Positions 39,501 through 51,500 of a DNA stretch of 64,000 nucleotides are shown here, piece by piece. Origin of the DNA: Haliotis rufescens (taxonomy: Eukaryota); the NCBI RefSeq assembly GCF_023055435.1, contig NW_025963779.1, positions 86,242,001 to 86,306,000 on the forward strand, read 5' to 3'. Every line of letters begins with the position of its first letter. Within the stretch, counting starts at the first letter, position 1. The position numbers were made by a program, and so were the translations under genes. The notes beneath the pieces are model-generated. The model did no database searches and had not been told where the DNA came from. It was given only the letters and a program-made list of their open reading frames with translations.

Positions 39501-42500
39501 GACCAACTGTTCAAATAGTACTTACCGTATTCGACATAATAACACCCCACTCTAATAAGAGCCGACGGCGATATTTACTAATATATTGGCTAGTGAACAA
39601 TCCCAATTAGTCACCCCTTCCGATTGATCAATGTACACAAGACTTATTTATTGGTGTATGATACGCACCCTTATGGGTAATTAAATTCTCGAAAATATAT
39701 CTATCGTGTATAATACGCACAGATACTTCTTTTATATCATTCAGGCTGTCAGCATAAACCACAAAATTTATAATTTTTCAACTCTGTTTTTTTTATCACC
39801 AAAATTATATTCTAAAAAGAACCCCTTATTTCTAATTTTGAGAGCGCCCTGGGCGTTTATTACGTCGAATACGCTATAGATCAAATTATGTCTTGATTTG
39901 TATTGGTGTGGATACCTTGCTTTGAATCAACACACTGTGTAAGCCATTCAAGTTGCAATATGCGGATTAGATTCTAGTTCAACTTTTATAAAAAATATAT
40001 TTTTTGAGTGTTTACCTTAAAGGATCATGTTACATTTGATATGAGAAATTCAGCATAAGTAAACTTTGTTCACAAAGTTGTGTTTGTTTTTCCAGTGCAC
40101 GCTGCCATCATTGCCATCAATGAAGCCATTGACAAACAGAATGCCCCAGATACAATGTCGGCCCTGCAGAACCCCTCCGCCATGTTGGTCAGCCTGGACA
40201 CTGCCAGCATGGACAGCTATCAGCAGTTACTGTACGATGCCAAGCAGACCAAGATGGAGAACTCCAGGAACAGGGTACCTTAGACCTACAGAACTTCTGT
40301 TTGACATGTAGGCTTGTATAACCACAAGTCCCTAGACACCTGTCTGACATGAAGGCTTGTATAACCAAAAGTCCCTAGACACCTGTCTTACATGAAGGCT
40401 TGTATAACCAAAAGTCCCTAGACACCTGTCTGACATGAAGGCTTGTATAACCAAAAGTCCCTAGACACCTGTCTGTCAGGGAGGGTTGTATAACCACAAG
40501 TCCCTAGACACCTGTCTGACATGAAGGCTTGTATAACCACAAGTCCCTAGACACCTGTCTGACATGAAGGCTTGTATAACCAAAAGTCCCTAGACACCTG
40601 TCTGTCAGGGAGGGTTGTGGGGCCAGTGGTTCCTCGACACCTGTCTGACATGTAGGCTTGTATAACCACAAGTCCCTAGACACCTATCTAGATCTGTCAG
40701 GGAGGGTTGTGGGGCCAGTGGTTTCTCGACACCTGTCTGACATGAAGGGTTACATGGTGGCTTGTCCCTTGACAAGTTGTGGGTCAGATGTGACTTTGAG
40801 AGATTCTGTTCCACTTTCTGTTGCCCATTTGTCCTGTCCAGACCTAGATCTTGTAATCATTGCCTTGTGAAACTGAGGCAATGCCTTAACACCCCATGAT
40901 CTGGTGGATAGAGCGACTGCCCTGAGAGCAGGTCAGTGGTTCGATACCTGGTCACATCGTACCAAAAGACATTCGAACATGGCACTTGTTGTTAACCTGC
41001 CTTGCGCTCAGCTCAGCACTTTATTATCATTAACACTTATTTTTTATTATAGACTAGTTTTTTTTACATCATTCTACTATTGCTGATGATTAGTTCTTTA
41101 AAGAATTGCTAATAATGGTCATGAAACTTTGTTTTGTGGAATGTATTAAATGATGTATGAAACATTTCAGAGCATGGACACTGAGCGACAATTTGAGCAT
41201 GACGTGTACGACGAACTACTGACACACGCAGAGATCCAAGGAAACATTAACACTATCAACAGTGAGTGAACAGTCATACCGGTCTCCTATCAGGGGAGGG
41301 TACTCTGGTCATTTAAGTATTGTGGTAGTTTTACAAATAGATAAACATTTAGTCACCTAAATAAAGTTTTCTTTTTTAAGAATGTATGAAAATAGAAAAT
41401 AAAATCCAAATGGAGACCAGAACATTGCTGAATTTCAGAGCCAGAGCTGAGGCAATCTAGACTTGCCAAATCATTCTAGACTTGAGTTGGATTCAATCTT
41501 ACTTTATTCTCTAGGGCCTGGGAACTAGGCTATATTGCAATATTCAGTATTAATGCAAACATTTGCAAGTCATTGTGTTGCTATTACAATAGTATTACCT
41601 TTACAGATCGAAATGTAAATGTTGTAGCATTATTGGAATGTGATGTCAAGGCCAAATAAGTCCACCATTCCTTGCTTCAGCATATTGCTGAAGTTGTTAG
41701 ATAGTTGAAGGAGGTAACGCTGATTGTAATCTAAAATGAATAAATGAACTGTTCTGAATGACCCACATATAGAAAATTTCACCCTCGTGTCTTTTTATAT
41801 CAAATATATCATCACGAGTTGATAAAAGTGGGAAAACTCCGAGGCTTGCCAAGGATTTTTTCCACTTTTATCAACGAGTGTTGATATATTTGATATCAAA
41901 TGACACGAGGGTGAGATTTTATTTATCATCCAACATCATTCTTCCAACTTTTTCAGTTTGTAGACCGTAATAAGCAGTGTCTTAAGTGTAAAAAGTACTG
42001 CCAACAGCTTCAGTAGCAGAGCCATTAGTAATGTCATTTGATTGTGACATCATGGTAACCAGTGATGTCACAATGGTCTGCAAAGCATTGTGATGCAATT
42101 TCATTGCAGCGATATCTACAGTGTAGATCTCACCCAAGCGATATCTCCTGTGGGAGCCAGTTTTAGATGATAAATGTCACTTCAAGCAAAGTATTAAATA
42201 ACCCAAACATTAAAGTAGTTGACTATCAGTAAATATCATCTTATTTAGGAGATAAACATACTGTGTTTTCAATGTAGAGCTAGGTTACCTGTAGATTTAA
42301 CCCCGCTAAATTGAATTTGGAACCGAACGCGCAGCGTGAGGTTTCAAATGTTAAATTTAGTGGGGTTAAATCTACAGGTAACCTAGCTCTACATTGAAAA
42401 CACAGTATGTTTATCTCCATTCTACCATGACTAAATAAAACGCGAACTCTTTGGTTTTAGCAAACATACTGAGTGAAGCGGCAAGGGATGAATCCAGTGT

Positions 42501-45500
42501 TTTGAGTGGGTTATCGATCTGAATTACGGAATCACCGAACAAAATATGGCGCTGTATATACTCAAGCAGTTTGTTGACACCGTAATACTTCACTCGAACA
42601 TATGACAGGCATTGAAAGCATATAAGCACAGCAACTTGGTAAGCTAACATGCGGTGGGCATCCCTAAAGAAAACAAGGCAAGCTTTGCAAGGTTTTCGCT
42701 CTACATCGCATGTCACCATTATGACGTCATATCGCTCATTGTGACGCAAAAGATATGACGTCACAGTCGTATACAGAAAAGCGCCAAAATTCCAAGCTTT
42801 CTGTTGTCTCCAAAACGTAAATACATTCCCTTTGTAGATTTCTAACGTGTTTTCTGCATGAAATGTATTGCCACACATCCTTTGAATACTGTAGTAACCG
42901 CATCTGTGCATTTTGTAACCTGTAATTGTAGATATAATTATTTAAATATGCCTACCGACAATGACTGAAAATAGTACTATTCTATGAATATTAGCTTCCG
43001 CGGTGATGCGGCCGTCAAACCAGCTGTTTCAATCAGAGGGGGGTTATTGTGATTTAATAGCCTCTGATTGACCAATCAGAATCGAGTAAATTCCAAATTC
43101 ATGGTAGAATATCGTTTAGCATGCCTCTTGAAACTGTTATCAGGCATGTTATCAATATCAACAAATGAGTATTCAATATCATTGCATCCCAATTACTAAG
43201 AATACATGGTAGACTAAACTGTTAGCTGTCATATTCTTTCATAAAATAGGTGTGAGTTTATTATTACAGTTTTGAAATCACTGTAGGTTAAAATGGACAA
43301 GTACATCATGTTGCCCGGATACCAGTCACACAATCAATAGTACTTGGTATGATATGGTGCATCTTCACAAGGCACGGCTCCAGCTGTAAACGATACACAA
43401 TTGTTGTTTCCCAGCATCCTCAGCTGTGGGCCATCTGCACGAAGCCCTCCTTAAGTCTGACCCTGCCCTGGTGCTGGCAGCCCTCAGATCCTCCCACCTC
43501 GGACTCAAGAACATCAAAGATGAAAACATCATGTTTTACATTGAGAAACTCCGGCAAGCTGCAGAGCTCAAGAAGGTATGTGAAAACATTAACTTGCTGT
43601 TTCATCTCCAATATGTGTTAGCTTAGGCATATACTGCTATAGGATATGTGGTAGTGATGTGACTGGTATGTAATATTGATGTGCCTGCGATATTAATGTT
43701 TTTATGCGATGTTGGCGTGCCATGCGATGTTGGTGTGCCATGCGATATTGATGAGCCATGCGATGTTGATGTGCCATGTGATGTTGATGTGCCATGCGAT
43801 ACACATGTGATGTTGATGTGCCATGTGATGTTGATGTGCCATGCGATACACATGTGATGTTGATGTGCCATGTGATGTTGATGTGCCATGCGATACACAT
43901 GTGATGTTGATGTGCCATGTGATGTTGATGTGCCATGCGATACACATGTGATGTTGATGTGCCATGTGATGTTGATGTGCCATGTGATGTTGATGTGCCA
44001 TGCGATACACATGTGATGTTGATGAGCCATGCGATGTTGATGTGCCATGTGATGTTGATGTGCCATGCGATACACATGTGATGTTGATGTGCCACCTTGT
44101 TTCAGAACAACAACAACGGGGAGGAGTCTGTGCTGGACAAAGATGAGATCCAGGCCGCCATTGACCAGGCAAACCTTGAGGCTGACACCGAGTACCAGAG
44201 TAAGGAAGCACCCCTTTACTTTATACATTTACTGATCTGCCGGTTGAGGTCGGGTTGCCTAGTGGTTAAAGTGTTTGCTCGTCACGCCAAAGACCCGGGT
44301 TTGATTCCCGACATGGGTACAATGTGTGAAGACCATTTCTAGTGTCCCCCACCGTGATATTGCTGGAATATTGCTAACAGTAGGGTAAAACAATACTCAC
44401 TCACTCACTGATCTGCCAACAATGGTAAAAAATTGACAATGTATAGTTTATTACAACTGATTGATGTGTACATTCTATACATGAACAAAACTGATGTGTA
44501 TTCGTAGAAAACGAAACAAAGGTATTCAGATAAAGTCAATAAAGAAAAACTGTGTGACATCCAACCCTGCCACTTGAAAGTCAATACAACAATGTCAAGC
44601 AATTGTCTGATAAATTGATAATACTGCTATGGTTGCTGTTTCACATGTATTTTCTTCAGGAACAAGCCTAGATATAATTTCATAAAAAAAATAAGAACCC
44701 CTAAAAATATGAAACGTGTAGACGTGTCTTACATACCATGTCATGCGTATGTGTAGTAACCCGTCCAGAGTACAGCTAGCATACACATGTTATAGCTAAT
44801 CACCTGAAGCAATCGGTGGCTCAATCATCGACTCTCTGAACTTTGCTTACTACTCAAAGGCAGTGATGTGATTTTGATGTAACAAATCCGTGTTGGGTGT
44901 CTGCTTGTGGTGTTCACTTGGACGGGATTCTCATCATAAATATCTCCTGTCCCAGAATCCCAGGCACTCCTGTCCATCAACTCCGCCATCAATAGCAACG
45001 ACCCTGCCCTGCTGATGAAGGCCCTACAGAACCCGTCTGCCCAGCTGCCGCCAGTCATCCCGGGGGCGGCCATGTTGTATCTGGATGAGTTCAGGAACAT
45101 CAGGACAGATAAACAGGTTGGGAATCAGAAACACGTTTCTCTAGAACCATGCATGAGAACCAGGAGATAGATGGAGGCATTGAATGATTAAGTAATCACA
45201 GCGATTGAAAATTTAGATATGCTCTGTATATGAATCAGTCAACTTCTGATATGAGTCAGACGTTTGAATGATGTGAGTTACTTTAGACATGAAGGGCTGC
45301 CTGATAGTGGAAACATGAATACGTTCATACACACTAAACATGTGTCAAAACATGTTGTGTCAACCTGGGCAAGTGACTTAGTTCAAATTTGCCTCTGTTC
45401 AGCCAGCAGAAATTGGGTACCCAATATATGAGGTTGATGTAAAAACTCACTGGCGCCTGTGGGCAGCTTTGGTTGTAAACTCCCCAGGGAGTTGAGAATG

Positions 45501-48500
45501 ATAACTGGAATGCATACGGATCCACTGGTGAAACAAATAAACCTCATTTTAGCAGATATCTGGGTAAGTGTGGTGTATAGAAGTATAATATGATGTTTGC
45601 TCGTTAAACATATTGGAACATTTCATTGTTGATAGAGCTAATATGAATTTGCAGAATATCCCCAGCTGGTTAATTGCATCTTTAGATATACATCATTCCC
45701 TATTTAAATGTCTGCATGGATGTGTTTGCAGGGTGACCTCGAACACGATGAGATTGCATCAGCTATCACAGGTGAGATGGGATTATCAGGAAGATTAATG
45801 TTCCGATTTCACAGAATGGTCATCATGACGGGAAATAAATATTAGTGCTGTTAATTAACATTTATGGCCTAGTGTTGACTGCTTCCTGTTGTGAAAATGT
45901 AAATAGTTCTTGGTTCTTGGTGCAGTCTCTTCCAAAAAGTTTCAAGTCTCCTCGTCTGTACTTGACTATTGGCATTATTTTCAGTACATTTTAATGTCAT
46001 GTGGACTGTTGCTATAGACCAAAGAATTATTTTCTGATCTCAGGCTTCAGCTTGTGACTGAACGTGTAGACTATGTATAGGTTTCATTGGCAGCCTGTGA
46101 ACAGTGTTCCTGCTGGCGTCCTGGTGGACTGGCAACTCTACAAATTACAAGTCCACCCTAATTTTTTGTCAGTCCCAGCTTTCAACAATTAAAAAAACAT
46201 CATGTTTCAACATCATGTTCAATGCCATTTCTGAAGTAACTTCCTCTGGTCTACACATCATTCACAATTTTCTCTTCATTTTGTAAAATATTTCGAGACT
46301 AAGTCACTACAAATATGTTTTTGACTTTGAAGATAAGCAAAATGTTATTTTCTTGCACTAAATATAGACAAGGGAAAATCCTGATGGTAACAGACAAGCT
46401 GACTTTGTTTGCAAAATATACTTATGTGAATATCGCCTATGTTTTGTTTATCAACAAAGATTAATAAGGCACTTTATTTGCCGGTGCAAGCCTAATTTTA
46501 CTCCTAAATTACTGGTAAACGGGGACACTTTATAATGAGATGAGTTTGTAATGTTAACAAATATGTGGACGTACATGCCCAATAGATGCCTGTACATTAT
46601 GAAAACCTCTTCTGACTTCTACAGCATTTATGTATGCCACTCAACATGACATTACACAGCCATGTTCACTCGTCGACTGAGCGAGAGGGACACACAGACT
46701 TGCTGCATTAAATACGAAGTTAGTTCTAGGAACTTGTGATACCAGTAGTTGTGTATCTGAGGTATGTTGACTCATTATGCTCCGTCTGTCCCCAGTGCTG
46801 ACTGCAGTGGCATTGATCAACCAGGCAGTGGACACCGGCAGTCCTGAGAACACCTTCAACGCCCTCTGCCAGCCAGACGCCCACCTTCTGGAGGTGGACG
46901 AGCACAATATGGAGAAATATCAGGACTGCTTGGCAGCTCAGAGGCACAGCAAGTCTGGGGTAAGGGGGATAACTCTGCTTTCTTGTTCTCAAAATTGGTC
47001 CATAGGAGGTCCATAATTGTATTGAAAATTGTATTGAAAAGTATTGACAATAGACTACAAGCTACTAGGAACTACAGAGTATCTTTTGTTTCATTTTTAT
47101 TTTTTAACATTATTTCACGAGGAACAGATAATTTGTAATTTTGATTTCTGAAAAGATTATTTTATCTTTATATTATCCTTTGAATTATTTTCTGAGGAAA
47201 GGTGAAAAACATATTTGCTTCACAAACACAAGTGGAGACATCAGCTGAGTCGACTATTGTTGAACATAACATCACCTGTCCTGAGAACTACCGGTCATGT
47301 GTTAATGATGAACACTGCTGTAAATCCATATTTGTGCTTGAGACAAAGTTCACCATTACAGAGTCCATGTGACCTGCTGACTCACCATGAGATCTCAACG
47401 TGTGTGGAGACCATCCACCAGCAGGTACAGGAGGAACATGAACGTAAGTCTTAGATAGCAGTCAGGGGAACAGTACCAGCAGGTGCAGGAGGAACATGAA
47501 CATAAGTCTTAGATAGCAGTCAGGGGAACAGTACCGGCAGGTGCAGGAGGAACCTTGACGTAAGTCTTAGATAGCAGTCAGGGGATTAGTACCAGCAGGT
47601 GCAGCAGGAACATTAACATAAGTTTTAGATTGTTAGCAGTCAGGGGAATAGTACCAGCAGGTGCCGGAGGAATATGAACGTAAGTGTTCTTAGTGTAAAA
47701 TACTCAACCACTAATTCTTTGATTGCATCGGGTCAACCCATAATTTCTCAGTGTATCTGACTTTGCGGGGACTCGGATGCAGAATAAGTCCACAGTAGTG
47801 GTCTTGTTGTAAATATTTACTACACTGGTCAGAAGCATGGACGCTTGTGTGTCATTGTATCAAAACAAGATTGATTGCTCTGTCAGGACTTACAGGCTGA
47901 CTGGATATGGCTGGAATATTGCTGACTGCGGACAGCATTGATTCACTCATGACATATACCTTAGTTTGGTAGACTGTTTTCAACTGACATTGGTATGTAT
48001 GTGGTGTGACTGCAGGAATCCTCGCTATCAACAAGATCAATGAAGCCATCACACGAGGGGAGCCAGAGGATACACTAGAGGCGCTACAAACACCATCAGC
48101 AAAACTGCGTGGCATTGACGCCCGACAGGCGTACCACTATCAGGCCCTGCTCCTCAAGGAGAAGCAACAGAAGGCAGAGGTGAGATCACAGCTGGTGCTC
48201 AAATTTGTCTGATTTCCGAAGATTGTAGTGGCCTGGTAGTGTGAAATGTTAAAGCAAAGGACTGGGTTTGATGCCCCACATCGGAACAATGTGTGAAGCC
48301 CAATTTCTGGTTTTCCGCTGCTGTATAACAGAGCTACCACTGTCAATCCCAACTAACTCACTCACTCACTCACTCAAAACTGGAAGTGTTATTGGTAATT
48401 GTCAAGTCTAACTCGTCTGTTTGATTTAGTTATTGCAGTTGTTAAATACTTGACTCTGGTTGTGAAGTGCTGTATTTGTGTACGCTGTTACAGGCAACTG

Positions 48501-51500
48501 ACGACGAGGATGCGGAGCTTTGGTTGGAGGAGATTCAGCTGTGTGTGGAAAAGGCCAACAAGGATGCAGATGAGGGTGTCAAGAGTGAGTACCTCCTGAC
48601 ACTGCTCCTACCTTCGTCTTTACCTTCTTTCTACCCTCGTCTTTACACTCTTTCTACCCTCGTCTTTACTCTCTTTCTACCCTCGTCTTTACTCTCTTTC
48701 TACCCTCGTCTTTACTCTCTTTCTACCCTCGTCTTTATGCTCTTTCTACCCTCATCTTTACTCTTTCTACCCTCATCTTTACTCTCTTTCTACCCTCTTC
48801 TTTACTCTCTTTCTACTCTCGTCTTTACCTTCTTTCTACCCTCGTCTTTACTCTCTTTCTACCCTCGTCTTTACTCTTTCTACCCTCGTCTTTACTCTTT
48901 CTACCCTCGTCTTTACACTCTTTCTACCCTCGTCTTTACACTCTTTCTACCCTCGTCTTTACTCTCTTTCTACCCTCGTCTTTATGCTCTTTCTACCCTC
49001 GTCTTTACTCTCTTTCTACTCTCGTCTTTACTCTCTTTCTGCCCTCGTCTTTACTCTTTCTACCTGCGTCTTTACGTTCTTTCAACCTTCATCTCTACGT
49101 TCTTTCAACCTTCATCTTATGTTCTTTCAACCTTCATCTTTATGTTCTTTCTACCTTCATCTTTACGTTCTTTCCACTTTCATCTTTGCGCTTTCTACCT
49201 TCGTCTTTATGCTCTTTTATATATATCCGTGGATAAACCTTCCACACTCAGTCACTTATTTCAAATCCTTACTGATATTCTTAAATGACAAACGGTAGTC
49301 ATTTATTGTTTTATTACTCCTTCAGTTTCCTTGGGCGTGAAGAACATCAACGAGGCCATCAGGGCTGAAGACGTCGCCCATCTACAGTCTGGTCTGACCA
49401 ACTCGGAGGTGGGGCTCCACAGTGTCACGCCCGACTGCACGCCCACCTACATGGGCAGCCTCAAGACTCTGCAGACCGAGAAGACAGAAGCTGGTGGGTG
49501 TACTGGCTGCACACATAACGATATTACAATATTTCGCAACCAGATCCGACAATACTTTCATCCTCCTTCCTAATGACTGCATGAATATTTGTTGATATGG
49601 CAGGGATTATAACCAATACCATGTTTGCAGTTTGTGGAACAATGTTTTGCATTGTTAATGTTGTCGTGTTGTAGGCGAGTGTGGCAGTGGCTGGATAATG
49701 AACAGGACACGGGATGGGTCCAAGTTCTTCTACAACATCAGCACTGGGGAGTATGAATGGTTCCGACAAGATGGCGTGGTAAAGGATCACAGCCTGCTTA
49801 CAAAAGAAGAAATTCAGGTAAGGTCATCATTGAAACAGTAGCACCACATCATGCTTGAAATAAAGATCATATGTTAATCAAACCTTTCTAAAATACACTT
49901 CTATGTTTATTAATATATAATGCAAGCTGATGGCCTTTCTGGCTTGATGATAAGAAATAAATACCTGAATTAACAGATAATTCTACCATGACATTTTAAA
50001 TCCTGTGTTCTGATTGGTCCGCCAGCAGTTTGATATATATGTTAAACCATAGTTTTGCTGATAACAGTGAAAGAAATGCTATCACTTTCTTTGATGTCAT
50101 GTCTGCCGCGTCACAATGCTTAGACTTCCCATCTGTATGACGTCATAATACTGATATCACATATGGTTTCAGATGAAATTTACAGGCATCGAATCTATAT
50201 TTGAAACCTCTACATTCAGAAGACACAACATTTATCTCGTAGACATCAACGTAGGAGCATGAATTAGAGCAAATCGAGACACATATTTATGCAGTGTTAG
50301 AAATTAAGCATAATAGTCCAAGGATCCTTGTTATAGCCCAAATATTATACATTTTAATGGTCTTAAGGGTCGGGGGTTTGATCCCCGGCTGCGTCATACC
50401 TAAAGACCTTAAAAGATGGTACTTGTTGTTGCCCTGTCTGGCACTCGGTATTAAGGGGCTGAAACAAGGACTGGTCGGTTCAGAGTCAGTATACTGTGTC
50501 TGAGTTGGGTATGGATGTTAAACTGCTTGCAGGGTATGTCAGTGGGCTAGCACTATAAAATTGTCATTAGTTCGGACCAGTACAGGCAGCCACACACACA
50601 TACACACATTTCTATGAATGCATGCACATCTCTATATAAGTGCAATAATCTTGAATGTGATGTTAAACCCCATATCGCCTGACCAAGCTGTATGATATCT
50701 GTTTTCAGAAAGTGATATCGGAGCAGACGGCAGCGTATGACCGGGAGCTGCTGTTCAAGGCCAACGAGCCACGTGTCGTGAAGCTGCAGGCCATGGTGAG
50801 AGGTCACCAGCAGAGGCTGAAATACAAGGAGAGACAGAACTTCATGAAGACACAGCTGCCAGCCATTGTGGCAATACAGGTACACTCCCCACCATTGTGG
50901 CAATACAGGTACACTTCCCGCCATTGTGGCAATACAGGTACACTTCCCACCATTGTGGCAATACAGGTACACTTCCCACCATTGTGGCAATACAGGTACA
51001 CTTCCCACCATTGTGGCAATACAGGTACACTTCCCACCATTGTGGCAATACAGGTACACTTTCCACCATTGTGGCAATACAGGTACACTTCCCACCATTG
51101 TGGCAATACAGGTACACTTCCCGCCATTGTGGCAATACAGATACACTTCCCGCCATTGTGGCAATACAGGTACACTTCCCACCATTGTGGCAATACAGGT
51201 ACACTTCCCACCATTGTGGCAATACAGGTACACTTTCCACCATTGTGGCAATACAGGTACACTTCCCACCATTGTGGCAATACAGGTACACTTCCCGCCA
51301 TTGTGGCAATACAGGTACACTTCCCACCATTGTGGCAATACAGGTACACTTCCCACCATTGTGGCAATACAGGTACACTTTCCACCATTGTGGCAATACA
51401 GGTACACTTCCCGCCATTGTGGCAATACAGGTACTCTCCCCGCCATTGTGGCAATACATTGCTGAATTGACATAGTGTCTCCTATGAGTTTATGGGTTTC

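Noticed and set aside
42411-42911. 166-aa minus-strand ORF inside a palindrome element
   Set aside because: No tyrosine recombinase, Rep or transposase motifs are recognisable.
43623-44228. His-rich ORFs on the minus strand
   Set aside because: They are minisatellite translations overlapping the antisense of an exon.
48585-49298. Hydrophobic extension of the 273-aa ORF resembling a membrane protein
   Set aside because: It is read-through from an exon into a pyrimidine-rich minisatellite.
50553-51475. Cys-rich EGF-like ORFs (CHNGGKCTC) on the minus strand
   Set aside because: A chance translation of the 29-bp array, which is open in all six frames and derives from the + strand exon junction.
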